From positions 77,118 through 141,117 of the forward strand of contig VMGE01000002.1 in assembly GCA_007376395.1 (NCBI GenBank): a stretch of 64,000 nucleotides of DNA, in the 5' to 3' direction. A program made the position numbers and the translations under genes. Numbering within the stretch: position 1 is the first letter of the stretch; every line of letters starts with the position of its first letter. This document shows, piece by piece, positions 46,592 through 56,924 of the stretch. This DNA is from Microgenomates group bacterium Gr01-1014_5 (GTDB lineage Bacteria > Patescibacteriota > Microgenomatia > UBA8517 > UBA10165). Under the pieces are notes generated by a model. It did not search any database. It saw only the letters and a list, made by a program, of their open reading frames with translations, and was not told the DNA's origin.

Positions 46592-47629
46592 CTACTTCTC
46601 TCTGGAGACAAGATATTCTGTTAAATCACCTAATAACGTCTTAAATTTTATGTCTTTGGTTATTTTTGGAATTACTCTTTTTGCCTGATGCGCATATTCC
46701 GCGGCTTTTAATTTTGAATAATCCAAACTGCCGGTATCAATAAAGACTTTTTTAATCAACTCGAGTTCTTTCTTACCTATGTGTCCTCTACCGTAATACT
46801 TTGTAAGAATGTTTTTTTGTGCTTTGTTTGCGTTTCTTAGAGCATAAGTAATCAGTAGCGTGTTTTTCCCTTCTTCAATGTCAGACGTCACCGATTTTCC
46901 AAGTTTTGCCTCATCGCCAAAAACACCTAAAATATCGTCCTGTATTTGGAAGGCTATGCCTAAATTCTCTCCAAAAACCTCAAAATGTTTAAGCAGGGGT
47001 CTTTTTGCCCCAGCAAGGATTGCGCCGATTGATAAAGGATAAATCATTGTGTAGTAAGAAGTTTTGAGTCTGTGGATTTGCAAGACTGCCGCATCAGTTT
47101 TACTCGTAGGAAGTCGCGGTAGCTCCACGTCTAACATTTCCCCCAAACCAGTATTTATCACCATATTGGAAAACGCAGAAACGGCATTGTTTTTATTTTT
47201 ATCGTTAAAATTGCTCTCTGAAATTAGCCGTACTGCCAAGAAAAACCCCATATCCCCCAAACAGATCGTTTGAGAAATAGCATAATGATCCCCACCTAAT
47301 TCCCTGTAAAGCGTTGGTTTGCCCCGCCTTGTAGGACTTTTATCGATAATATCGTCATGGGCAAGGATTGCGGTTTGGAAAACTTCAACAGCTGCCCCTG
47401 CTTTGTAAATTTCTTTAGTGGCACTACCCTCTGCCAAGTCATAACCTAATTTTACCAGACAACCTCGTAATGTTTTCCCGCCGAAATTTCTGTCAGTAAA
47501 GAGCTTCGCAAGCGGCCCTAAACTGGAATGAATACTTCCTGCCTCACGAGACCATTTTCCAAGGCTAATTTCCATAACCTTGTTCACTTCTCCCACCGCC
47601 TGAGCCAAATATTTTTGAAAATCAGTCAT
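46592..47629 (-). CDS. trans-polyprenyl diphosphate synthase (IdsA/GGPPS-like)
   Basis: GGKTLR, HDDIIDKSPTRRG, FQIQDDIL, DIEEGK. Confidence 0.93.
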   Translation of the reverse strand: MTDFQKYLAQAVGEVNKVMEISLGKWSREAGSIHSSLGPLAKLFTDRNFGGKTLRGCLVKLGYDLAEGSATKEIYKAGAAVEVFQTAILAHDDIIDKSPTRRGKPTLYRELGGDHYAISQTICLGDMGFFLAVRLISESNFNDKNKNNAVSAFSNMVINTGLGEMLDVELPRLPTSKTDAAVLQIHRLKTSYYTMIYPLSIGAILAGAKRPLLKHFEVFGENLGIAFQIQDDILGVFGDEAKLGKSVTSDIEEGKNTLLITYALRNANKAQKNILTKYYGRGHIGKKELELIKKVFIDTGSLDYSKLKAAEYAHQAKRVIPKITKDIKFKTLLGDLTEYLVSREK

Positions 47630-47742
47630 TTTAGGAAAAAGCAGAAAGTACTTGAGTATAATCCTAGACTCTTGCATTATCAATCTTACTTGTGCAAGTT
47701 TTTTTGTAAGTGGTATAATTGCAGGCACGGGTATTTGAATAT

Positions 47743-48528
47743 ATGCCAAAGCGAACCTTGAAGCTTCTTACTTTACCAAATCCTCCAAAACACATCGCAC
47801 TTATCATGGACGGGAATAGGCGCTGGGCGGCTAAACACGGACTCGGCCCAATTGACGGCCACCGGTTTGGAGCAGAAAAAACCATTAAACCACTTGTCGA
47901 ACACGCCATCAAACACGGGATTAAGTATCTCACTTTATGGGCATTCTCAACGGAAAACAGAAAAAGAGACAAAAGTGAACTGCAGGGTCTTTTTAGGGTC
48001 TTTAGAGATGCCCTTAAAACCAACCTCCGCGAACTGGAGGAAATGGGAGTCAGGGTAAATATCATTGGAGATATTGACTGGTTTCCAAAAGATATCCCCG
48101 CTCTTGCTAAAGCGTTTGTCGAAAGAACCAAGAAAAATAAGAAGATTACTGTTTCTTTCGCCCTAAATTACGGCGGTAGAGAAGAATTGCTAAGAGCTGT
48201 CTCCCGCCTCCTTGAAAAAATAAAAAATCATAAAAGGAGTCTTACTAAGGCTCTTACCGAAAAAGAATTCTCAAGCTATTTAGATACGGCTGGTCTCCCA
48301 GATCCGGATATGATTATTAGAACCGGCGGAAACATGAGGTTGTCTGGTTACTTTCCATGGCAGGCAGTCTATGCAGAACTTTATTTTACAACTACACTTT
48401 GGCCAGACTTTACTCCAAAAGAGTTTGATAAAGCTTTACTGGATTTTGCGCAAAGAACCAGAAGGTTTGGCGCGGGAAACTTCGGAGATTATTTAAGAAA
48501 AATTAAAAATAGTGCAATTAGCAGTTAA
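47743..48528 (+). CDS. uppS: undecaprenyl diphosphate synthase
   Basis: [38 protein letters not shown]. Confidence 0.96.
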   Translation: MPKRTLKLLTLPNPPKHIALIMDGNRRWAAKHGLGPIDGHRFGAEKTIKPLVEHAIKHGIKYLTLWAFSTENRKRDKSELQGLFRVFRDALKTNLRELEEMGVRVNIIGDIDWFPKDIPALAKAFVERTKKNKKITVSFALNYGGREELLRAVSRLLEKIKNHKRSLTKALTEKEFSSYLDTAGLPDPDMIIRTGGNMRLSGYFPWQAVYAELYFTTTLWPDFTPKEFDKALLDFAQRTRRFGAGNFGDYLRKIKNSAISS

Positions 48529-49406
48529 CCTTGCTGTAACTTCTCCAAAGCTTCTCTTTGTTCGCTAGTTAAATTATTGAAAGCCGGAATATTAATGTGC
48601 AGACGAATGTAATAGTCTCCCCTTCCTCTCCCGTGCAAATGCGGCATACCCTTTCCGCTTAGGCGCAAAGCCGCCCCGGGCTGGGTACCTGGTTTAATTC
48701 TAATTTTCTCTTTGCCGTCGATTATTGGCATTTCAACAATTCCTCCTGTTACTGCTGTGATCATTGGTATTTCGACATCGGCTATTAAATCGTCACCGTC
48801 TCTTGTAAATATTTTATGTGAGCGGACATTAACCACAATAAAAAAATCAGAAAAACGGATCCGCGCTCCGTCGTCTACCCCGGGAGGAATTTTAATCTTC
48901 CTTTTCTTGCCTCCTATCGAAACTTCCTTTTCGACACCATTGAACGCTTCTTCAAGTTCTATTGAAAGTTGATAGTGTGCCATCTGCTGGCGCTGAGAAG
49001 TTCCGAAAGGAGATGCCCCGCCAAAGAATTGTTCGAAGATTTCAAAAGGATCGACATCGCCAAATGGGTTCTGTCCTTGTTGCTCGCCGTTACCCCAGCG
49101 ATAAGTATAAGTAAACGGGCCTTGCTGTCCGCCAAAACCGGGGAAACCTCCGGCAAACGGATTCCCCCCACCTGCGCCCTGATTTACACCAGCATGGCCA
49201 AATTGGTCATAAGCTTGTTTTTTATTAGGATTGGACAAGACCTCGTACGCTTCGTTTATTTCTTTAAACTTTTTTTCAGCCTCGGGAGATTTGTTTTTGT
49301 CCGGGTGCCACGCAATTGCCAGCTTGCGGTAGGCTGTTTTTAATTCGCGGTCGTTCGCACCCCTTTTAACTCCTAAAACTTCGTAATAATCTCTGTTTGT
49401 TGCCAT
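48525..49406 (-). CDS. dnaJ: DnaJ-class co-chaperone without zinc finger
   Basis: J domain with HPD, G/F-rich region, C-terminal domain; no CxxCxGxG repeats. Confidence 0.9.
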   Translation of the reverse strand: MATNRDYYEVLGVKRGANDRELKTAYRKLAIAWHPDKNKSPEAEKKFKEINEAYEVLSNPNKKQAYDQFGHAGVNQGAGGGNPFAGGFPGFGGQQGPFTYTYRWGNGEQQGQNPFGDVDPFEIFEQFFGGASPFGTSQRQQMAHYQLSIELEEAFNGVEKEVSIGGKKRKIKIPPGVDDGARIRFSDFFIVVNVRSHKIFTRDGDDLIADVEIPMITAVTGGIVEMPIIDGKEKIRIKPGTQPGAALRLSGKGMPHLHGRGRGDYYIRLHINIPAFNNLTSEQREALEKLQQG

Positions 49407-49534
49407 AATTTTATAGAAGCTAATTATATACCAAGGCTCGTGTGGAAGCTAACAGTCTTTCAAGAAGAGTACTTGTAGCATTTCTGTATTTTAGTACATT
49501 TTTTAAAAGTGTAGTTTTTTATCGTAAAACTTAC

Positions 49535-49562
49535 AAAAAAGGGCATCCCTTGCCGGGAGCCC
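49535..49562 (-). terminator. intrinsic terminator between the dnaK block and dnaJ
   Basis: GGGCTCCC-GGCAA-GGGATGCCC-TTTTTT. Confidence 0.65.
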
Positions 49563-49595
49563 CAGGCGATTTGACTGGTTACGCAGGCGCCGGGT

Positions 49596-50024
49596 CTAAG
49601 CTTTCCTCATAGCAGCTCTTACCTTATTGCTTGAAGGCGGCCGCATTCTGATGCCTTTCAACGTGAGCTGTCGGCTTATGATGTCCAAACTGCCTCCAAT
49701 GATTTGTGCCTGCAACCGGTAATCTGGGGCAGCTTCAGTACTACAGTTCTTGCAATCGTAAACAAACTCATTGTGGAATCGAACAATCACGCCCGATCGG
49801 GTGAACGGAAATTCAACAGTCCGTTTCTGCAACTGCACTACTTGCTCGCAGCCCTCACACGTTCCAGTAGGACATGGAGGCGGAACCGGTTCCGGAAGTA
49901 TCACCTCGATTGACGGGACCCTTCCATTGGTGGTCTCGACATGCCAAGGCACTTCAAAGCGACCCAAGAACTCTTCGAGAGTCGGTGTTCTTCCATTGAG
50001 CGATGGCCTTACTTCTCTTTCCAT
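49596..50024 (-). CDS. hypothetical protein with YgiT/MqsA-type zinc finger
   Basis: CPTGTCEGC ... VRFHNEFVYDCKNC. Confidence 0.65.
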   Translation of the reverse strand: MEREVRPSLNGRTPTLEEFLGRFEVPWHVETTNGRVPSIEVILPEPVPPPCPTGTCEGCEQVVQLQKRTVEFPFTRSGVIVRFHNEFVYDCKNCSTEAAPDYRLQAQIIGGSLDIISRQLTLKGIRMRPPSSNKVRAAMRKA

Positions 50025-50054
50025 AACCTGAGTGTAAGTTTTATACAACAACCA

Positions 50055-51989
50055 TTAACTCACTACTTCTCCTTCTTCAACTTTCCCTTTTCCGCCAGCT
50101 GGCGGATTCTCTTCTGTCCCTTTTTCTTCAGAAGCTTCTTTCTCTGTATCTTTTTCTGTTCCTGTCTTATCTCCATACATTGCCTGTCCCACACTTTGTA
50201 AAACTTCAGACAAACTTTTGGTTGCAGTTTCGATTGTATCTTTGGACGAATTCTCGTCTCCCAACACTTCTTTAACTTTCTTAACCTCTTCTTCGACTTT
50301 TTCTTTGACATCAGCAGGTATTTTACTTGCCTCGCCGCCAGGCGAGTCTCCCGCGTCTTTTAGAGCTTTTTCAGCCGTAAAGACAAGGGCGTCAGCCTGG
50401 TTTCTGGCGTCAATTCTTTCCTTTTTCTCTTTATCTTCTGTTGAATGAATTTCTGCCTCTTCCTGAGCCTTTTTAACTTCTTCGTCAGACAAACCAACTG
50501 CTCCGGTAATCTTAATTGACTGCTCTTTACCGGACGCTTTGTCTTTGGCAGAGACCGACAGAAGACCATTTGCATCCATATCAAAAGTTACCTCGACTTG
50601 CGGAACACCGCGGGGGGAAGGAGGAATACCGTCTAAGGTAAACTTACCCAAAGATTTATTGTCAGCCGCCATTGGGCGTTCACCTTGTAAAATATTAATT
50701 TCAACTTGGGTCTGGTTATCAGCGGCCGTCGAGAACGTTTGCGACTTGGAAGTCGGAATGGTCGTATTCCTCTCAATCATTGGCGTAGCCACACTACCCA
50801 AAGTTTCGATAGCCAAAGTCAAAGGAGTAACGTCTAACAAAAGAACGTCTTTTACTTCTCCGCCCAACACTCCACCCTGAATTGCCGCTCCTATGGCCAC
50901 AACTTCATCCGGATTAACGCCTTTGTGCGGATCTTTACCGAAAAACTCTTTTACGACTTCTTGTACCTTTGGCATGCGGGTCATACCGCCAACCAAAACT
51001 ATTTCGTCTATATCGCCTGCCTTAATTTTTGCGTCTTTAAGCGCTTCTCCGACAGGCTTCATCGTACGGCGAATGAGGTCGTCAACCAGTGCCTCGAGCT
51101 TTGCCCGAGAAATCTTCATTGTTAAGTGCAGAGGGTTGCCATTGTGCTGGGTAACGTAGGGTTGGTTAACTTCTGTTTCCGCGCTTGCCGAAAGCTCGAC
51201 TTTTGCTTTTTCCGCAGCATCGCGCAGTCTTTGTAGGGCTTGGTGGTCTTGGCGCAAATCAACGCCGTGTTCTTTTTTAAATTCCTCAGCAATATAATCA
51301 ACAATTACAGCGTCAAAATCATCTCCGCCCAAGTGCGTATCTCCATTGGTTGCCTTAACTTCAAAAACCCCATCACCAAGCTCTAAGATAGAAATATCAA
51401 AAGTGCCCCCACCCAAGTCATAAACAGCAATCGTGTGTGCGTTCTTTTTGTCCAAACCGTAAGCCAGAGCCGCAGCCGTAGGTTCATTAATAATTCTTTC
51501 TACCTTAAGTCCGGCAATTTCTCCTGCTTGCTTGGTTGCCGCACGCTGATTGTCGTCAAAATAAGCAGGAACCGTAATAACCGCACTCTCGACTTTTTCA
51601 CCCAAATAGTCTTCGGCGTCTTTTTTGAGTTTTCGCAAAACCTGAGCTGAAATTTCTTGCGGCGTATATTCTTTTCCTTCAACTTCAACCACTGCCATGT
51701 CATTCTTACCGCGCTTAATTGTGTAAGGCACCATCCCGATGGTCTTTTTAGCTTCCGGATCTTCGACACGACGACCCATTAAGCGTTTAACCGAGTAAAT
51801 AGTGCTTTTGGAGTTGAGAATCATCTGGCGCTTAGCTACGTCGCCGATTAGATTTTTAACAGGCTCGACGACAGAAGGCGTGATATTCCGCCCCGTGTCT
51901 GAAGCAGGGATGACTTTTGGTTGTCCGCCTTCCATGACGGCGACTACTGAATTGGTTGTACCAAGATCGATACCGATTATTTTAGACAT
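50055..51989 (-). CDS. dnaK: chaperone DnaK
   Basis: [38 protein letters not shown]. Confidence 0.99.
   Translation of the reverse strand: MSKIIGIDLGTTNSVVAVMEGGQPKVIPASDTGRNITPSVVEPVKNLIGDVAKRQMILNSKSTIYSVKRLMGRRVEDPEAKKTIGMVPYTIKRGKNDMAVVEVEGKEYTPQEISAQVLRKLKKDAEDYLGEKVESAVITVPAYFDDNQRAATKQAGEIAGLKVERIINEPTAAALAYGLDKKNAHTIAVYDLGGGTFDISILELGDGVFEVKATNGDTHLGGDDFDAVIVDYIAEEFKKEHGVDLRQDHQALQRLRDAAEKAKVELSASAETEVNQPYVTQHNGNPLHLTMKISRAKLEALVDDLIRRTMKPVGEALKDAKIKAGDIDEIVLVGGMTRMPKVQEVVKEFFGKDPHKGVNPDEVVAIGAAIQGGVLGGEVKDVLLLDVTPLTLAIETLGSVATPMIERNTTIPTSKSQTFSTAADNQTQVEINILQGERPMAADNKSLGKFTLDGIPPSPRGVPQVEVTFDMDANGLLSVSAKDKASGKEQSIKITGAVGLSDEEVKKAQEEAEIHSTEDKEKKERIDARNQADALVFTAEKALKDAGDSPGGEASKIPADVKEKVEEEVKKVKEVLGDENSSKDTIETATKSLSEVLQSVGQAMYGDKTGTEKDTEKEASEEKGTEENPPAGGKGKVEEGEVVS
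50091..50106. repeat. 16-bp palindrome TCCGCCAGCTGGCGGA inside dnaK
   Basis: Identical copy at 52099-52114. Confidence 0.85.
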
Positions 51990-51990
51990 A

Positions 51991-52491
51991 TTAGTTTTCC
52001 CCTTTATAAACCTGCACTTTAGCCGGTCTGATTACTTTTCCGTCTTTCCATTTATAACCTTTTGACAAGATTTGGGCAAGAGTGTTTTTGCTTCCGCCTC
52101 CGCCAGCTGGCGGACTAACACTGTCTATTGCCTCATGAATTCCACTATCGAATTCGTCACCGGTTTTGGCTGTAATTTCCGCTACGCCATGGCTGTCCAA
52201 TACCCGCTGTAAATGTTCCATCCCCATTCCCAAACCCTGGTCTTGCAAATGAACTTGAGCACGTTCTAAGTCGTCAAACACTGGTAATAAATCTTCGACA
52301 AAATTTCTTGTTGCTCTCAGGTAAATCTCGCCCTGCTCCCTTTCCAGCCTTTTAACCAAATTTTGATAATCTGCCAAAGCCCTTGCCAAACGATTTTTCA
52401 AATCTTCCGTTTCTTCCTTGTACGTTGCCTGCCCCGTTAACTTGTCGTTCGGGGTGTCCTGTGCGCTATATCCTATTTTTGTTTTTGCCAT
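51991..52491 (-). CDS. grpE: nucleotide exchange factor GrpE
   Basis: [41 protein letters not shown]. Confidence 0.95.
   Translation of the reverse strand: MAKTKIGYSAQDTPNDKLTGQATYKEETEDLKNRLARALADYQNLVKRLEREQGEIYLRATRNFVEDLLPVFDDLERAQVHLQDQGLGMGMEHLQRVLDSHGVAEITAKTGDEFDSGIHEAIDSVSPPAGGGGSKNTLAQILSKGYKWKDGKVIRPAKVQVYKGEN
52099..52114. repeat. 16-bp palindrome TCCGCCAGCTGGCGGA inside grpE
   Basis: Encodes PPAGG in frame. Confidence 0.85.
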
Positions 52492-53216
52492 ATTTCACTG
52501 GATTGAGAAACGAGACTTCCAAAATAACGCACGATTGGAATTATTGCCGGATAATTAAATCGGGTCGGGCCAATTACTCCTAACGAACCGCGTCCTTCCG
52601 GTCCTGTAAATTGACAAGAAATTATTCCCACAGGTTCAAAATTCGGCCAACCAAGTTCTTCGCCAAAGAGCACTTCTATGGGTTCTTCTCGTACTGCTCT
52701 TCCAAAGAACAATTCCTGTAAACGACGCGCTTCTTCAATCATGGCTAATACCCGAATCGTCACGTCGATATTGTAAAACTCAGGAATATCTAAGATATTA
52801 GCATATCCTGAGTGCCAAACTTGTCCATTGTCGGTTGCGGCAATTGCCAAACTGTGGGTATTGTTAGCAAGAGCACGGGTAACTTCATGCATTAAATGGT
52901 CAAAATTGTCGTTTCCAAGCGATACTTGTTCCCTAGCCTGCACCTCTTCGGCAACTGAGAGTTTCTTCTCTTCCATCAATTGATTTACGTAAAGTTTAAT
53001 TGCCTTGGGAGACGGAACACGACCAGACGAGGTGTGGGGTTGGCGCAAAAAACCCATTTTGGTTAATGCCGACATTTCGTTGCGGATAGTTGCAGGAGAA
53101 ACTCCAACGTTGTATTTTTTCTCCAAAACGTCAGAACCTACAGGAATGGCAGTTTCTGTGTATTCCTCTACTACACACTTCAGAACTTGGATTTGTCTTG
53201 GCGTAAGCTCGTCCAT
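52473..53216 (-). CDS. hrcA: heat-inducible repressor HrcA, short form
   Basis: VSPATIRNEM, QPHTSSGRVPS, LGVIGPTRFNY. Confidence 0.93.
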   Translation of the reverse strand: MDELTPRQIQVLKCVVEEYTETAIPVGSDVLEKKYNVGVSPATIRNEMSALTKMGFLRQPHTSSGRVPSPKAIKLYVNQLMEEKKLSVAEEVQAREQVSLGNDNFDHLMHEVTRALANNTHSLAIAATDNGQVWHSGYANILDIPEFYNIDVTIRVLAMIEEARRLQELFFGRAVREEPIEVLFGEELGWPNFEPVGIISCQFTGPEGRGSLGVIGPTRFNYPAIIPIVRYFGSLVSQSSEIWQKQK

Positions 53217-53253
53217 TAGCACTTAATATACTAGAGTGCCAGAAGTTTGTCAA
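53216..53253 (-). promoter_or_regulatory. CIRCE operator (53216-53242) and promoter TTGACA-17-TATATT
   Basis: TTAGCACTT-N9-GAGTGCCAG versus consensus TTAGCACTC-N9-GAGTGCTAA; -35 at 53248-53253, -10 at 53225-53230. Confidence 0.9.
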
Positions 53254-53282
53254 CCCCGTATACTTTTGTGGATTTTACGAGG

Positions 53283-53654
53283 TCAATATCTGTTTGTATG
53301 AGGTAAAGGGGGAAAGGATCCTGTCGCACTCATAATCTCTCCGTCTTTTCGCACTATCTCTCGAACTTCCTCACTTACTCCAATTATCTCCATCTCCAAC
53401 TCAACGATTTGATCAAGTAACCGCTGATGGGAAGCTTCATCAAGACCGCGAGTCCACCCTAAAAATCCTGGATCTATCATACAGCCTGGGTATTCAAACA
53501 CCGGGCCTCCAGGGCCGCTGGGAAAGAATTGCCGTGGCTCTATATTGTCTCTCGCTTGCTGTAGTTCTGCGAAAGGAGGAAGGGAACGGGATTGTTCTAG
53601 CAACTGCTGTAATAGAGCTTGACAAGATAGTCGCGATACAGGAGAACGCTCCAT
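53283..53654 (-). CDS. hypothetical protein
   Basis: 123-aa ORF, TAAACT 7 nt before the ATG. Confidence 0.6.
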   Translation of the reverse strand: MERSPVSRLSCQALLQQLLEQSRSLPPFAELQQARDNIEPRQFFPSGPGGPVFEYPGCMIDPGFLGWTRGLDEASHQRLLDQIVELEMEIIGVSEEVREIVRKDGEIMSATGSFPPLPHTNRY

Positions 53655-53748
53655 ATTTTCCAGTTTATACTAAACTTTGAACGAAGTCTAACCTTGGTTA
53701 AGGTAAATTTTGAGGCTAAGACTTGAAAATTTGCACTAAAACTTACAG

Positions 53749-55023
53749 TCAGGACCCATTGTTAAAGTTGGGCTCTTGAGGCAACTTACTTCTCAGTCTT
53801 ACCTCAGAAACAAACTCTCTTAAAACCAATAAAGTTATTATAACTAGGATCAATTTCCCGGCAATCGCGAAAGCAAACAGCCCGGGCTGGCTTGCTCCTT
53901 GATAAAAAATTGTCAAAAAGTCTGAATACCCCAAAGGATAAACGAATTGCTCCAAAACCAACATAATAGAATACAATCCAGAGATCTGTAACACGCGAAT
54001 AGGTAAAACCCCAACCCTTAAAAGTAAGCAGACAAAAATCAAAGGCCAAAAGAGATACTGGGGCTGAAAGTTTGTTGAAAAAATGAGCAAAAAAAGCAAG
54101 ACCATCAAAGACGAAAGAATTACTAATTTTTCGGGGTTTACTGCCTTTCTTGCTGTAGCACAGACTCCCCAAACCAATAGAACGGAAATTGCCAAGATTG
54201 ATACAAAGAGCTCTTTTATTAAATTTCCTGACAGACCATGGACACCATAAGCATTGATTGGAATTAAATCAGTTCCCAGAAAAAGATTTTGCAAAATTAA
54301 CAACACTCCAGCAAAACTCTCAATGCCTACGGGTTTTAGTGAATGGAACTCTAACGAATGGATAATTTCGCGAGCTGTACCCCCAGAAAGAAGATACAAT
54401 CCCGGAAAGAACAATAATCCGAACACAAATCCCGCGATTAACTCCAGAGAAAAATGTTTTCTCTCACCCGCCTTTGAGGATATTAAAAATAACGGAATTA
54501 AAAGCAAGGGGTAAAGTTTGACGGCTGTAGCAAAACCCAACAACGCTCCCGCCAGAGCCGGTATACCTTTTTTCCAAAAAAAATAGGCTTCGAGAACAAA
54601 TAACGAAACTACGGCCTCGAATCGATAAAGAAGAATCGGGCCTGCGGCGACAATAAGCACTAAACCAACCCAAAGAGTTTTTGCGCCACCCAGGCGAAAC
54701 AAGAGTGCAAGATGTAACGCTAGGAGCGCTAAATTCAACAAGATTATTCCCTCTGTGTACCCGATGTTTACAACAGTAAATAAAAGCGGTACCAGGAAGA
54801 AATATAAAGCTCCTGGTAGATATTCGTTCGGTCCTACACCACTCCAAGAATTATCGCGGGAAAAAGCAAGAGCGCGCTGGTAAAATGTCCCTATATCAAC
54901 CGATAGATGGTAAGACCAAGAAGGGTGGTGCGCTTGAGCCCAGAGAATACCGAAACCCAATACAGCACCCAGAACAATTATTTTTTTAGATCCTAGAAAG
55001 TCTTTAATTTGGTTCACTAACAT
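53749..55023 (-). CDS. GT-C fold glycosyltransferase (GT87/DUF2029-like)
   Basis: EYLPGAL, RFE, AVKLYPLL, QPQYLFW; many TM segments. Confidence 0.75.
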   Translation of the reverse strand: MLVNQIKDFLGSKKIIVLGAVLGFGILWAQAHHPSWSYHLSVDIGTFYQRALAFSRDNSWSGVGPNEYLPGALYFFLVPLLFTVVNIGYTEGIILLNLALLALHLALLFRLGGAKTLWVGLVLIVAAGPILLYRFEAVVSLFVLEAYFFWKKGIPALAGALLGFATAVKLYPLLLIPLFLISSKAGERKHFSLELIAGFVFGLLFFPGLYLLSGGTAREIIHSLEFHSLKPVGIESFAGVLLILQNLFLGTDLIPINAYGVHGLSGNLIKELFVSILAISVLLVWGVCATARKAVNPEKLVILSSLMVLLFLLIFSTNFQPQYLFWPLIFVCLLLRVGVLPIRVLQISGLYSIMLVLEQFVYPLGYSDFLTIFYQGASQPGLFAFAIAGKLILVIITLLVLREFVSEVRLRSKLPQEPNFNNGS

Positions 55024-55024
55024 T

Positions 55025-56764
55025 TTAAGCTCCGTTATTGGGGGTTGGAGCAATAGGCTCAGTGTTTTGACTCTCAGATTCTTTCAAAAAGGCAGGCAGG
55101 CGGTTTCTGGATATTTTTCTTAATGCCCGTAATACAAACTGCAATTCTTCTATTCTAAGCATGTAAGACAAGGCTAAATAAAGCAAGAAGCCAAACAAGG
55201 CAACCAAGAAGGTAACCGCAACCAGGTTGACTGTATAGCGCGTATCAAGAATAAAAAGATCAAAAGTGGTCGGCAAGGAAAGGCCAATGTGTCTAAAAAA
55301 GGACAGTTTTTGATCCCAAGCAGAACGGTCAAGAACCTTGAGCAAGATATACATTAACAAGCCCGATACCCCTGCAGCAAGGATAATTTTGACAAAGACT
55401 TGGCCTATTTTATAGTCGGCAAAACCTCCTACGCGCCGCGCGAACAAAGCGTAAAGAATAATAATTTGGACTATTCCGGCAATTGAATAAGCCAAAGCCA
55501 GGCTCCAAATAGGCAACTTGAAACCCACTACAAATAGTATTCCCAACACCGCATTAAGAAAAATGGTGAAAATAGAAACCTTAACGGGCGTGGCGGTATC
55601 TTGAAGCGCATAAAAACCACGGTTAAGCAAAAGCGATAAAGCATACGCAAAACCGCCAAGACAAAAAGCAGATACGACATATCCCGTGTCCAGCGTGTCT
55701 TGCCAATCAAAATACTGGGCGCCAAAGGCCAAACGCACCAAAGGTAAACGCAAAACTGCGAGGAAAATTGTTGTTGGAACGACCAAAAAGAGAATTTCTT
55801 TAAACGAGGAGATAAAGGTTTGTTTAAATTTATCCAGATCGCGGGTGGATTGAAGTGATAATTGCGGGAACGAGGCTTTTGCTATCGAAAGGCCAAAAAG
55901 GCCAACCGGTAAAGAAGCAAGTGAATCGCCAAATTTAAAATAAGTTAGTCCCCCAACAACCAGCGAGGCGGTAAAAAGGTCGGTTAAACGTTTAACCTGG
56001 AAAAAGGATAGTTCCACAATTCTGGGAATCGCGAGCTTGCTAATTTCTCTTACTGCCGGATCGCGAAAATCCAAAAGAAGTTTGGGGCGAAAACCTAGAC
56101 CAATGGCAAACGGCAGTTGTATGGCTAAATGTAAAAAACTTCCCAAGATAACTCCCAAAACTGCCGCGCCCATACCCAAGGATGGCGCCAGAAAGGCAGT
56201 GGCTAAAATTATTCCAATGTTATAAAACAAAGGGGCGGTCGCGGAAACTAAAAAACGCTGATGTGCCTCAAGCACGGCAGTGAGGAGGTAGCTCACCACG
56301 AAAAATAGCTGGGCAACAAGCAGCCAGCGGGTAAAGTAGACTGTTTGGGCAATTTTCTCGGGGGTAAAACCCCGTGCAAATAAGCTGTACACGGGTTCAG
56401 CAAAAATAAAAATCAGGACAGATAAAACAGTAAAGAATAAGAGTAAGATACTTAGAGTCACAGAAGCTACATGCCATGCTTCTTTTTTCCGGTCTTGGCT
56501 TAAATATTTTCCAAAGACCGGGATAAAAACAGAAGACATAGCTCCTAAGATTAAAAGGTCAAAGAGCATGTCCGGAAGCTGAAAAGCGGCTAAGAAAGAG
56601 TCGAGTTGTTCTGGCGCAAAATAATGAACAAAGACGCGGTTTCGGATAAGACCCAAAAAACGCGAGGCGGCAACCATGAACATAATAATTGCCGCTGCAG
56701 AAAGAATGTTAGTTTGCTTGGCGTATAAAAAGTTCTTACCTTCCTCAAAAAGCTTTTTCACCAT
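55025..56764 (-). CDS. murJ: lipid II flippase MurJ
   Basis: SRFLGLIRNR, AFQLPD, FIPVF, FYALQDTATP. Confidence 0.93.
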   Translation of the reverse strand: MVKKLFEEGKNFLYAKQTNILSAAAIIMFMVAASRFLGLIRNRVFVHYFAPEQLDSFLAAFQLPDMLFDLLILGAMSSVFIPVFGKYLSQDRKKEAWHVASVTLSILLLFFTVLSVLIFIFAEPVYSLFARGFTPEKIAQTVYFTRWLLVAQLFFVVSYLLTAVLEAHQRFLVSATAPLFYNIGIILATAFLAPSLGMGAAVLGVILGSFLHLAIQLPFAIGLGFRPKLLLDFRDPAVREISKLAIPRIVELSFFQVKRLTDLFTASLVVGGLTYFKFGDSLASLPVGLFGLSIAKASFPQLSLQSTRDLDKFKQTFISSFKEILFLVVPTTIFLAVLRLPLVRLAFGAQYFDWQDTLDTGYVVSAFCLGGFAYALSLLLNRGFYALQDTATPVKVSIFTIFLNAVLGILFVVGFKLPIWSLALAYSIAGIVQIIILYALFARRVGGFADYKIGQVFVKIILAAGVSGLLMYILLKVLDRSAWDQKLSFFRHIGLSLPTTFDLFILDTRYTVNLVAVTFLVALFGFLLYLALSYMLRIEELQFVLRALRKISRNRLPAFLKESESQNTEPIAPTPNNGA

Positions 56765-56924
56765 ACCAGCAGGCTTGGGTTTGCACTAACCCTCAGTTTT
56801 CAAGTATAATTGCCCCTGTGTATACGCACAACAGGTAATTTATCATTTTTCATTTCTCCATTTATCAATTAATTGACCAAATGTTAAATGTTTAAATGAT
56901 AAAATTCGACTAATAGGAGAGTAT

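Noticed and set aside
46315-46644. 109-aa plus-strand ORF
   Set aside because: It overlaps the nusA promoter and the prenyltransferase end; the minus-strand ORF has promoter support instead.
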